This document shows positions 46,816-55,309 of a stretch of 64,000 nucleotides of DNA, piece after piece. The DNA comes from a virus, in IMG/VR virus record IMGVR_UViG_3300030116_003110, positions 7,910 through 71,909 of that record; one strand, 5' to 3'. Under the pieces are notes generated by a model. That model searched no databases, had not been told where the DNA came from, and saw nothing but the letters and a program-made list of their open reading frames with translations. The position numbers and the translations under genes were made by a program. How positions within the stretch are numbered: position 1 is the stretch's first letter; every line of letters begins with the position of its first letter.

Positions 46816-47262
46816 CTATTGAGGATAGAACTGCAACTGTCTGAGTTGCTGTATTTCTTGTTCTAATCTCATTACTTCTAATTGTTTCTTTCTTAATTCT
46901 AATTCATATAATCTATTGCAATCAATTCTTGCTTTTGGTTTTTGACCTAGTGGAATTGTTATGCGAGCAAAAATGCCTACATCACCCACTCTTTGTTCAA
47001 CATATCCGGCTAGAGGATCAGTGTATCCCCGGCCGACAATTCCGGTCACTCCAAACTCTAGGTTTGTAGCAGAACCAATTGCATTTGAGCAATCTAGATC
47101 ACCAGCTCTGAACTTGTCTGATTGATAATTACCGGGAGCGGAAGGTAGAGACAAGTTTAATGAACTGGACTGTCCAAATGCAACTGTACTTGCAATCAAA
47201 ATAAAAAATAATGATAACAAAAACATTCTTATGAAATTATAATGTATCATACTTTTGAGCAT
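46816..47262 (-). CDS. Exported protein with amphipathic beta-strands and C-terminal coiled coil
   Basis: Signal-like hydrophobic N-terminus; two Cys; LEFGVTG and GIFARITIPLG strands. Confidence 0.75.
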   Translation of the reverse strand: MLKSMIHYNFIRMFLLSLFFILIASTVAFGQSSSLNLSLPSAPGNYQSDKFRAGDLDCSNAIGSATNLEFGVTGIVGRGYTDPLAGYVEQRVGDVGIFARITIPLGQKPKARIDCNRLYELELRKKQLEVMRLEQEIQQLRQLQFYPQ

Positions 47263-47621
47263 ATCCTACTGTTAATACCAGATGATAATTCATTATCAAC
47301 TAATAGTCTTGACGTGGTACAGATATATTCAATTCTGTCACAATCAACTTCTCTAATATAAATGTCAATTTGTTTCTGTTCCAAATACCCCACTTCAATT
47401 AATTGTTCTGAAGCAGCAAATGGTACAGGATTCCATTCTTCATCATAAACATCAATTGCATAGTATTCTACCTCTTTTCTCTTATTAAAGAGTTTCATTT
47501 TGGTCACCACAATTCCATCCATAAAAGATGGTTCAAACTTGGGATAGGTTGGTGTCCATTCATGAGCATGTGCGGTAGTGACCATAAAGGCCGCCACCAC
47601 CGCAGAGATAAAATATTTCAT
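47247..47621 (-). CDS. Exported beta-rich protein (possibly pilus-chaperone-like Ig fold)
   Basis: Signal peptide ending AHA; TP..KLFN..YAIDV pattern; C-terminal Cys pair; TAATG coupling. Confidence 0.6.
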   Translation of the reverse strand: MKYFISAVVAAFMVTTAHAHEWTPTYPKFEPSFMDGIVVTKMKLFNKRKEVEYYAIDVYDEEWNPVPFAASEQLIEVGYLEQKQIDIYIREVDCDRIEYICTTSRLLVDNELSSGINSRICSKV

Positions 47622-48118
47622 TAATTGGCAATGCACTCTGCTGTAATATTAGCAGTGTAGTCACCGCCGGGGAAAGATTTGTCATAACCATAGGTCACAC
47701 TGGATTCTACCTTGAACCAAGTAGAACCTGCAACCGTAAGATCAAATTCAGTAACATTGTCGTATTCTACTTTTGCAGCTTCATAACCAGACATACCAGC
47801 ATCTGATGTAGAAGATACAGATACTTCTCCGTCCCAATTCAAAGCATCACTTAAGGATGGAGATGTAGCAAATTCATTTGGCCAACTAATTTTAGCAGTA
47901 TAGTAGTCTGCAACTGTAACATCATATCTTACCACCGGATCAACACCACCCTTGATTGGGTCGGTATCTAATTCATCAGGGGCTGGGTTTCCATATACAC
48001 CAGCAACGTCTGTGTAGATAGTACACTTAGAGGAAACGTTACCAGTAATGGGAATGTTTTCTGCAAAAGCAGGTGCTGCTACAGCAAAGGCAACAGCGGC
48101 TGAGATAACTCTTAACAT
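47621..48118 (-). CDS. Exported beta-rich protein (possibly fimbrial/pilin-like)
   Basis: Signal peptide ending AFA; ITGNVSSKC N-terminus; FPGGDYTANITAEC C-terminal strand. Confidence 0.65.
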   Translation of the reverse strand: MLRVISAAVAFAVAAPAFAENIPITGNVSSKCTIYTDVAGVYGNPAPDELDTDPIKGGVDPVVRYDVTVADYYTAKISWPNEFATSPSLSDALNWDGEVSVSSTSDAGMSGYEAAKVEYDNVTEFDLTVAGSTWFKVESSVTYGYDKSFPGGDYTANITAECIAN

Positions 48119-48129
48119 TTAATTCTCCG

Positions 48130-49041
48130 TTATTGGTCTCTATCATATTGAGAGCGTACCATAGAATAATGTGTAGCATCTGATGCTAGTTGTCTCAACG
48201 CCCTGTTATTATCAGGTAATGTTGTGTCTTCTAATTGTAGAGTATCTGTCAGTTCTAAAACGTCTTGATATTCTACTTCATAGTATGGTTCAATCGTAGG
48301 TTGACTTGCCAGTTGGATTAGAATGCTGTCTTGTAGAGCAACATCAATTAAACCACCAACGTTTGGATCAACCATAAAACTTTTTTCTAAATTTTCTTCT
48401 TCTTCAAATTCTTCATTTTCATTTTCAGCCTGTTCTTCTTCAACTTCAGTTTGTTGCTCAAGTTGAAACTGTACCCATTCATCATAATATGGATCATCTA
48501 CTGAAACATCTTCAAGAGAAGCTAAGTATTTATACAAAGCATCCAAATATCCGGGGCATGTTGGGTCCGATAATGGTGTAGTACATATAATCTGTTCTTC
48601 ACCAATATCCATTTTATACAAGTAAATAACAGAAGCGTCACTTACTGTTCCATTACCTTCAATGGTAATACTACCATCGCCCCAATTGACTGCATCACTT
48701 TCTGTGAATCTGAAATATTTTTTGATAGAGTTTCCGGGTAAACCGGACCAATCATCTACTTCCTCAAAAATATAGCCACCATTTGTCGCATCTTCATTAC
48801 GCACATAAACCTGAACATCTTCAGCAGGGTCTTTAGACATGACATAATAATATGTTAACCCATTGATCTGCAACGATACATGTGGTGCAGAGTGGTCGGG
48901 TAAAACATCACCCATTGTCCATGCTAGAGCATTTGCGGCAGCGTTGTTAGTTACGCCGTAAACACTATCCGCCCAAGAGAATGGCGAGCAGACCAAGGAC
49001 AACAGCACCGCCAATGATGGTAGTGCGAGTTTCTGGATCAA
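48130..49041 (-). CDS. Exported protein with CxxPLSDPTCPGY motif and acidic linker
   Basis: Hydrophobic N-terminus, beta-rich domain, Glu-rich stretch. Confidence 0.75.
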   Translation of the reverse strand: MIQKLALPSLAVLLSLVCSPFSWADSVYGVTNNAAANALAWTMGDVLPDHSAPHVSLQINGLTYYYVMSKDPAEDVQVYVRNEDATNGGYIFEEVDDWSGLPGNSIKKYFRFTESDAVNWGDGSITIEGNGTVSDASVIYLYKMDIGEEQIICTTPLSDPTCPGYLDALYKYLASLEDVSVDDPYYDEWVQFQLEQQTEVEEEQAENENEEFEEEENLEKSFMVDPNVGGLIDVALQDSILIQLASQPTIEPYYEVEYQDVLELTDTLQLEDTTLPDNNRALRQLASDATHYSMVRSQYDRDQ

Positions 49042-49564
49042 TGTTCATTCCTCTACTACTTTGTGGAGAGTCTGGACGCTTATATTCGTTTTCAGGGTCT
49101 TCCCATGCAGACTTAGCTTCTTCACCAATTGTACCATCAATGGGGCAAGGTGTCCCTGCATCCATCATAGCTTGGAAGACTCTTGGGTCTTGACACATAA
49201 CTGATACTGCGGCTACTTTCATGCCCATATCGTATAGTAGACTTGCATTCTTGAGTTTTTCGCAATTCATGTCTCTTACTGTAGAACCAGCGGAGATACC
49301 AAGAATTTGCGTTTGCACTGCACCTGATACACCAACTGTGCATAAGTCGGATGTTGAATTATTGATGCTTGGAGAAATTGCAGATGGTGGTGGAGATATT
49401 ACCGTTGTAGTTGAATCACTAGTAGAAGTTACTGTGCTAGTGGTTGTATTTTCTGTTACAATCGGATCAACATCAGAAGTTGTAGTTGTAGTTGTTTCAT
49501 CTTGCGCATATGCTGCTGTAGCCAAAAACAACATTACAAAAGCAGCAAACATTTTTTTAATCAT
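48965..49564 (-). CDS. Exported, C-terminally anchored Cys-containing protein
   Basis: Signal peptide ending AYA, Thr-rich linker, PPPSAISP, four Cys, C-terminal TM. Confidence 0.8.
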   Translation of the reverse strand: MIKKMFAAFVMLFLATAAYAQDETTTTTTSDVDPIVTENTTTSTVTSTSDSTTTVISPPPSAISPSINNSTSDLCTVGVSGAVQTQILGISAGSTVRDMNCEKLKNASLLYDMGMKVAAVSVMCQDPRVFQAMMDAGTPCPIDGTIGEEAKSAWEDPENEYKRPDSPQSSRGMNIDPETRTTIIGGAVVLGLLAILLGG

Positions 49565-49594
49565 GGTGTTTGCCTTGGATTATGAATTGTCTTT

Positions 49595-49602
49595 TATTTA
49601 TA
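49595..49602 (-). promoter_or_regulatory. T4-type late promoter for the minus-strand operon
   Basis: tatttata is the reverse complement of TATAAATA, 30 nt before the first ATG. Confidence 0.85.
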
Positions 49603-49611
49603 CAAAAAAGG

Positions 49612-49640
49612 TTGACAAGCAAGATTGGTTGATATATAAT
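49612..49640 (+). promoter_or_regulatory. Sigma70-type promoter for the uvsX-gp41 unit
   Basis: TTGACA-N17-TATAAT. Confidence 0.85.
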
Positions 49641-49670
49641 ACCCTTCTAACTTTGTACAAGGAGAATACT

Positions 49671-49805
49671 ATGGCCGTCAAAGGTGTAAAACAGGGACAC
49701 TCTAGTCCGCACAGCCGCACTTCTATTGGCAAATCCCCCAACTCTAAACCTAAGAATAAGTCTAAACGTCGCCAGTGGAAAGCATACAACAAACAAGGAA
49801 AATAG
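49671..49805 (+). CDS. 44-aa highly basic protein
   Basis: AAGGAG RBS; MAVKGVKQGHSSPHSRTSIGKSPNSKPKNKSKRRQWKAYNKQGK. Confidence 0.75.
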   Translation: MAVKGVKQGHSSPHSRTSIGKSPNSKPKNKSKRRQWKAYNKQGK

Positions 49806-49808
49806 TCA

Positions 49809-50852
49809 ATGCCCTCTATTATGGATAAACTGAAAAAGAATTCTAAACTGGATTCTGAAATCATTACCAAGTCCAAGTACTATGGTAAAAAAGATCAGTC
49901 CCCTACCGATGTTCCTATGCTTAACGTAGCACTGTCTGGTTCTGTAGATGGTGGACTGTCTCCCGGTGTGACTATTCTTGCTGGACCTTCTAAGCACTTC
50001 AAGACTAGCTTTGCTCTCAAGATTGCATCTGCCTACATGCAGAAATATTCTGATGCTGTGATGCTGTTCTATGATTCTGAGTTTGGTTCACCACAGTCTT
50101 ACTTTGAAATGTTTGATATTGATATGGAACGTGTACTTCACTGCCCAATCACCAACATTGAAGAGTTGAAGTTTGACTTGACAAACCAACTGGAAAACAT
50201 TGAAAAGAATGATAAAGTTATTATCGTTGTAGATTCGTTAGGCAACCTTGCTTCTAAGAAAGAAGTAGAAGATGCACTAAACGAAAAGGCAGTTGCAGAC
50301 ATGACCCGTGCAAAACAACTGAAGTCTGTCTTCCGTATTGCTACACCACACCTGAGTATGAAAGATATTCCGTTCATTGGTATTGCGCATACATATGATA
50401 CACAAGAAATGTTTTCAAAGAAAGTTGTATCAGGTGGTACAGGTCTTTACTACTCTGCTGATGATATCTGGATTTTGGGTCGGCGGCAGAATAAAGAAGG
50501 AACCTCTATCGTCGGTTATGACTTTGTAATTAACGTGGAGAAATCTAGATATGTCCGTGAAAAATCCATCATTCCTATCTCGGTTACTTGGGAAGGTGGC
50601 GTCGATGTGGGTTCTGGCCTACTTGATGTGGCTCTTGCAGGAAAGTTTGTCACTAAGCCGTCTCAAGGCTGGTATTCAAAAGTTGATCCCGAAACGGGAG
50701 AAATCGGAGACAAAAAGTACCGGGCAAAAGAGTTGACAGAAGACTTCTGGTCTGATATCATTGCATCTGATGAATTTAAAGAGTTTGTAGAAGATAACTT
50801 TAAAATCGGTGGCAACTCTAACGTTGAAGTGGTAAGTGCTGATGAGCTTTGA
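49809..50852 (+). CDS. uvsX: RecA-like recombinase UvsX
   Basis: AGPSKHFKT, FYDSEFG, DSLGNLASKKE, ADMTRAK, SGGTG. Confidence 0.96.
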   Translation: MPSIMDKLKKNSKLDSEIITKSKYYGKKDQSPTDVPMLNVALSGSVDGGLSPGVTILAGPSKHFKTSFALKIASAYMQKYSDAVMLFYDSEFGSPQSYFEMFDIDMERVLHCPITNIEELKFDLTNQLENIEKNDKVIIVVDSLGNLASKKEVEDALNEKAVADMTRAKQLKSVFRIATPHLSMKDIPFIGIAHTYDTQEMFSKKVVSGGTGLYYSADDIWILGRRQNKEGTSIVGYDFVINVEKSRYVREKSIIPISVTWEGGVDVGSGLLDVALAGKFVTKPSQGWYSKVDPETGEIGDKKYRAKELTEDFWSDIIASDEFKEFVEDNFKIGGNSNVEVVSADEL

Positions 50853-51204
50853 GACTTTGAAAGAATGGGATGACTGGAAGGTTGTCGGTGTAGAACCAAC
50901 AAACGTCAATGGTAAAGTTTCTGATTGGGGTATTCATGTACTCACTGGTCAGTACAAGGATACTGTAGTTGTCATAGGTGAGTTGTCAATTGAAGAGGTT
51001 GACAGTGATGAGCAAGGTGTGTTATCATTTGACTATGATATTTTTCATAACCCGCATGATATCCCTCTTGGGGAAGATGTAGATTTTGAAAACATGGTTG
51101 GCGATATTGTTGCCTCAACACTCAAGACCGCACTAGATGAAGGGAACGCAGTCCTAGATGTCAGAGAACCTGAACAAGACCATCCTACGATCACTCTTGA
51201 CTAA
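50842..51204 (+). CDS. Hypothetical protein at the gp40 position
   Basis: Between uvsX and gp41, as gp40 is in T4; acidic; positional inference only. Confidence 0.55.
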   Translation: MSFETLKEWDDWKVVGVEPTNVNGKVSDWGIHVLTGQYKDTVVVIGELSIEEVDSDEQGVLSFDYDIFHNPHDIPLGEDVDFENMVGDIVASTLKTALDEGNAVLDVREPEQDHPTITLD

Positions 51205-52528
51205 TGAAGAGTATCTTAGGAAAGTTGTACCATTTCTAAAACCAAACTACTTTGAAGGTTCTCTGAAGGTAATCTTCAAACAGGTTGCGGCATTTGTAGA
51301 TAAGCATAACACCTTACCTACTCTGGAAGCATTTCGTATTGACCTTGAACAGAATGAGAAAATCTCAGATGATATGTTCACAGAAGTCTCTGCTTTGCTT
51401 CCAGAGATTTTTTCTCCTGTAGATATTGACCAAGACTTTCTACTAGAGAAAACTGAGAACTGGTGTCAAGAACGTGCCTTGCATATTGCTATCATGGAAT
51501 CTATCAATATCCTTGATGGTAAAAGTGAAACCATGACCAAGAATGCCATTCCAGAAATTCTTTCTGAGGCTCTTGGTGTTGGTTTTGATAACAATATTGG
51601 TCACGATTATATTGACAATGCTGAAGACCGTTATGACTTCTACAATCGTGTAGAAGAAAAACTTCCTTTTGATATTGAAAACTTCAATAAGATCACCAAA
51701 GGTGGACTACCTGATAAGACACTGAACATTGCACTGGCAGGGACAGGTGTAGGTAAGTCTCTGTTCATGTGTCATGTTGGTGCTAATGCATTGCTGCAAG
51801 GCAAGAACGTTCTCTATATCACTATGGAGATGGCTGAAGAACGTATTGCAGAACGCATTGATGCTAACTTGCTGGACATTCCTATTGATCAGTTGGATAA
51901 ACTGCCAAAGACTATGTTTACTGAGAAGGTAAATACTCTGGCAAAGAAAACTGTAGGTAAACTGATTGTAAAAGAATATCCTACAGGTGCTGCTCATGTT
52001 GGACACTTTAGAGCATTAATGAAAGAACTGAAACTCAAACGTTCTTTTGTTCCTGATATTGTGTTTATTGATTACCTCAACATCTGTGCATCTTCTAGGA
52101 TGAAGTCTATGGGTGGTGCTATCAACTCCTATACCTACATCAAAGCCATCGCTGAAGAACTGCGTGGTCTTGCTGTAGAGTTTGAAGTACCTATTGTCAG
52201 TGCTACTCAGACAACCCGTTCTGGTTACACTAACTCTGATCCCGGTCTAGAAGATACCTCAGAATCATTTGGTCTTCCTGCTACCGCAGACTTAATGTTT
52301 GCTCTGGTGTCAAATGAAGAACTAGAACAGTCTGGTCAGATTATGGTGAAGCAACTAAAGAACCGTTACAATGACCCCAACAAATACAAGCGGTTTGTTG
52401 TAGGTATAGATAGGTCTAAGATGCGTCTCTATGATGTAGACCCTGTAGATCAAACTCTTGTAGATGACGGTATCCCCGTCTTTGATAAAACTCCAGCTGG
52501 CGATAAATTTAAGGATTTTAAGATATGA
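51158..52528 (+). CDS. gp41: Replicative helicase gp41
   Basis: AGTGVGKS, ITMEMAEE, IDYLNI, SATQTTR, SESFGLPATAD, KQLKNRY. Confidence 0.97.
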   Translation: MSENLNKTILRSLLTNEEYLRKVVPFLKPNYFEGSLKVIFKQVAAFVDKHNTLPTLEAFRIDLEQNEKISDDMFTEVSALLPEIFSPVDIDQDFLLEKTENWCQERALHIAIMESINILDGKSETMTKNAIPEILSEALGVGFDNNIGHDYIDNAEDRYDFYNRVEEKLPFDIENFNKITKGGLPDKTLNIALAGTGVGKSLFMCHVGANALLQGKNVLYITMEMAEERIAERIDANLLDIPIDQLDKLPKTMFTEKVNTLAKKTVGKLIVKEYPTGAAHVGHFRALMKELKLKRSFVPDIVFIDYLNICASSRMKSMGGAINSYTYIKAIAEELRGLAVEFEVPIVSATQTTRSGYTNSDPGLEDTSESFGLPATADLMFALVSNEELEQSGQIMVKQLKNRYNDPNKYKRFVVGIDRSKMRLYDVDPVDQTLVDDGIPVFDKTPAGDKFKDFKI

Positions 52529-53220
52529 ACCAAACCGTGCTTCCTGTTGCTATTACCTCTTCCATGATCAATGCATACCAAGATGGTACAGGCAAAAAAA
52601 TGTCTGCTGAAGATATCATTGCTTATTGTGCAAGAGTATCTAATCCATCCAATCAAGGTAATACAGAAACTAATGATAAACTGCTGAAGTATCTGATTGA
52701 TCATAAGCACTGGTCACCATTTGAGATGGTTGATATGGTTCTGGAAATCAATACAACCCGTGACATTGCACGGCAGATTTTGCGACACCGTTCATTTTCA
52801 TTTCAAGAGTTTTCGCAACGGTATGCAGACCCAACTAAAGACCTTGCAGTATACATGCGTGAAGCACGTCTGCAAGATAAGAAGAACCGTCAAAACTCTA
52901 TTGAAACTGATGATGTTCAACTCCAAGCATGGTGGGATGCGCAACAAAAATTTATGGTTACGCATGCAGACCGTATTTACAAAGAAGCAATTCAAAAAGG
53001 TATTGCCAAAGAACAGGCTCGTGCTGTTCTTCCTGAAGGTAACATGCAATCCCGCATGTACATGAAAGGCAGTGTTCGTTCTTGGATTCACTATTGTGAA
53101 CTGCGTTGTGGCAATGGTACGCAGAAAGAACATAGGGAGGTAGCTTATAAGTGTGCAGAGATTTTGGTAAATCATCTGCCGTTTTTGAAACCTTGGTTTA
53201 AGGAACTACCACATGACTAG
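52525..53220 (+). CDS. thyX: Flavin-dependent thymidylate synthase
   Basis: HWSPFE, RHRSFSFQEFSQRY, EQARAVLP, QKEHR. Confidence 0.96.
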   Translation: MNQTVLPVAITSSMINAYQDGTGKKMSAEDIIAYCARVSNPSNQGNTETNDKLLKYLIDHKHWSPFEMVDMVLEINTTRDIARQILRHRSFSFQEFSQRYADPTKDLAVYMREARLQDKKNRQNSIETDDVQLQAWWDAQQKFMVTHADRIYKEAIQKGIAKEQARAVLPEGNMQSRMYMKGSVRSWIHYCELRCGNGTQKEHREVAYKCAEILVNHLPFLKPWFKELPHD

Positions 53221-53623
53221 ATATTTTTATTTACTTTTAGGATTTTTATTCGTTGGTATTGGGTTTATCGGGGTGTATGTCCCCGGTCTACCTACTACTA
53301 TTTTTATGATCATTGCAGCATGGTTTTTTGCTCAAAGTTCACCACGTTTTAGAAAATGGATTATGGAACATCCAAGGTTTGGTAAAGTTGTGAATAACTG
53401 GTATGATAAAATGATTTTCCCATTGTCAGCTAAGATTGGTATGGTAGTTACTATGCTGGTCAGTCTTGGTGTGACCCTATGGATCACAGGCAATTGGATT
53501 CTCACATTTGGCATTGGTGTTTGTATGGCTGCTGTAGTTTTCTGGGCAACCCGATACCCTAGTGATGAATGGGAATATAACCGCAGAAAAAAAGATGGAT
53601 TAAAGATTGGATGGTTTAAATGA
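53213..53623 (+). CDS. YbaN/DUF454 inner-membrane protein
   Basis: GFIGVYVPGLPTTIF...FAQSSPRF..W..HP.FG. Confidence 0.85.
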   Translation: MTRYFYLLLGFLFVGIGFIGVYVPGLPTTIFMIIAAWFFAQSSPRFRKWIMEHPRFGKVVNNWYDKMIFPLSAKIGMVVTMLVSLGVTLWITGNWILTFGIGVCMAAVVFWATRYPSDEWEYNRRKKDGLKIGWFK

Positions 53624-53814
53624 GTGCGTATAGACAAATTATTTCACAGTACTGGATTCAAGATGGAGGCGGTATGGTGTATGTTTATAAAGATGGATCA
53701 AAGTATGTGGTTGAAGCATATGATGATGAAGAGAATATGTTTTTGAAGGCTGACAATATCTACCGATTGGAAGCCGCAGAAAATCGTGCAGAAGAAATTG
53801 CACTTTTAGTATAG
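53620..53814 (+). CDS. Small hypothetical protein
   Basis: ATGA-type coupling to previous gene. Confidence 0.6.
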   Translation: MSAYRQIISQYWIQDGGGMVYVYKDGSKYVVEAYDDEENMFLKADNIYRLEAAENRAEEIALLV

Positions 53815-53825
53815 GAGAAAAGAAA

Positions 53826-54437
53826 ATGACTGAAGGAATGAAAGTTCCAAATAATGTAGTGTTCAAGTATCGGGTTCGTACCGATGGCAACCCTATCACT
53901 TATATTAATTATGACAATGGTGATGAAAATCCTTTTGAGTGGAAAGATGTAGTATCTAAAGAACTCTTTGAAGATAAACGAGTAGTTCTGTTTTCACTTC
54001 CCGGTGCCTTTACTCCAACATGTTCTACATATCAACTCCCCGATTTTGAAAACCTTTACCAAGAAATTCGTGATGAAGGTGTTGATGAGGTTTATGTCAT
54101 CTCTGTAAATGACACCTTTGTTATGCGGCAGTGGATGATCCACCACAACATTCAAAATCTTGAGTTTATTCCAGATGGTAATGGTGAATTTACTCAACGT
54201 ATGGGTATGCTTGTCTGTAAAGACCATCTTGGTTTTGGTAATCGTTCATGGCGTTACGCAGCTGTGATTGATAATGGCACAGTAGAAAAGTGGTTTGAAG
54301 AACCGGGTATCAATAACAAAGGTGATGACTTTGACCCGTATGGAAACACATCTGCTGAAATGGTTCTAGACTATCTGAAATGGGTAAACCACGGTCCTAA
54401 TTGGGACAATGTTCAAGATGTAGCCTATGCAGCATAG
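53826..54437 (+). CDS. Peroxiredoxin (Prx5 type)
   Basis: FSLPGAFTPTCS, SVNDTFVM, PDGNGEFT, RSWRYA. Confidence 0.93.
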   Translation: MTEGMKVPNNVVFKYRVRTDGNPITYINYDNGDENPFEWKDVVSKELFEDKRVVLFSLPGAFTPTCSTYQLPDFENLYQEIRDEGVDEVYVISVNDTFVMRQWMIHHNIQNLEFIPDGNGEFTQRMGMLVCKDHLGFGNRSWRYAAVIDNGTVEKWFEEPGINNKGDDFDPYGNTSAEMVLDYLKWVNHGPNWDNVQDVAYAA

Positions 54438-54446
54438 ATAAAATTG

Positions 54447-54519
54447 TATACGATAGTTGAAAAAAAGTGTAGAAAGGGGCTTGCAATTGTAGGCCCCTTT
54501 TACTATATTAAGTATGTAA
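54447..54519 (+). promoter_or_regulatory. Putative early promoter overlapping a terminator-like hairpin
   Basis: TATACGATAGTTGAAAAAAA...aaaggggc-TTGCAA..gccccttt; TTGCAA-N17-TATATT-AAGTATGTAA. Confidence 0.8.
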
Positions 54520-54540
54520 GTTGATGAAAGAGAGTTTGCT

Positions 54541-54756
54541 ATGACCGAGAAAAAGTTTCAATTCGCAGTTAACCTTCCTCCCATGACTGAAGAGCAGGTT
54601 GGTATGCGTATCATGTGTGTAGATATGGCAGAAGTTGCCATGAACATCAAACGTCTTGGAGAAGATGTTTTCTACACCATTGAAGAACAGATGGACGGAC
54701 CTTTTCTGACCCACGAAGATTTGGGTCGGGAAAGTAATCCTTGGACATACCTCTAA
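54541..54756 (+). CDS. Small early hypothetical protein
   Basis: First ORF after the promoter. Confidence 0.65.
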   Translation: MTEKKFQFAVNLPPMTEEQVGMRIMCVDMAEVAMNIKRLGEDVFYTIEEQMDGPFLTHEDLGRESNPWTYL

Positions 54757-54768
54757 AGGAGTAGAATA

Positions 54769-54870
54769 GTGGAAGAACAAAAAGACAAGCATCCTTGGGT
54801 GCCTAAGACTATGTTTCTGTTCTGTATGACAGTAGCACTTGGTTTCATTATTGTAGGAGCAAATCTATGA
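54769..54870 (+). CDS. 33-aa single-TM peptide absent from the ORF track
   Basis: AAGGAG RBS, GTG start, hydrophobic C-terminus, ATGA coupling. Confidence 0.5.
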   Translation: MEEQKDKHPWVPKTMFLFCMTVALGFIIVGANL

Positions 54871-55034
54871 ATGATTTTAAGTTTATGGAAGATGACTTGA
54901 CAAACCGCATTGGTGAGTTTGGTGCAAAACACTTTGGCGTTAGTGTAGAGAACGTCGCCCTTGATGACAAACTGTTTGTTGCGGCGACTCGTTTGTTCTG
55001 GGATCATTACTTTGATAGTGAGGTAGAACTATGA
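54867..55034 (+). CDS. 55-aa hypothetical protein absent from the ORF track
   Basis: AGGAG RBS; ATGA overlaps at both ends. Confidence 0.6.
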   Translation: MNDFKFMEDDLTNRIGEFGAKHFGVSVENVALDDKLFVAATRLFWDHYFDSEVEL

Positions 55035-55246
55035 GCAACCAACGTTCCGGTCGCACCTATCGTGCAGCATCTAATGACAACAGTGGAATGGGAACACTCC
55101 TGTTCTTCAAGTCTGCTGTAGAAGCATTGAATGATGCAGGGTATGATGATGCTGCATTTTACTTTGAACAGGTTGTAGACCATCTGCGTGATGGTGGCGG
55201 TCTTCCTAAAGACAAACGTGAAACTGAAAAGGTTCTTGGTCTTTGA
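55031..55246 (+). CDS. Small hypothetical protein
   Basis: GAGG RBS; followed by a terminator. Confidence 0.7.
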   Translation: MSNQRSGRTYRAASNDNSGMGTLLFFKSAVEALNDAGYDDAAFYFEQVVDHLRDGGGLPKDKRETEKVLGL

Positions 55247-55268
55247 GGGGGCGCTTGCCCCCTTTTTC
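55246..55268 (+). terminator. Rho-independent terminator (also contains a -35-like TTGCCC)
   Basis: agggggc-gctt-gccccct followed by a T run. Confidence 0.8.
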
Positions 55269-55309
55269 ATAGTATGGTATAAATATTATATCAACTAAAA
55301 GAGAGACTT

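Noticed and set aside
49221-49805. 194-aa plus-strand ORF
   Set aside because: Only the last 44 codons have an RBS and promoter; the rest is antisense to the 199-aa exported protein gene.
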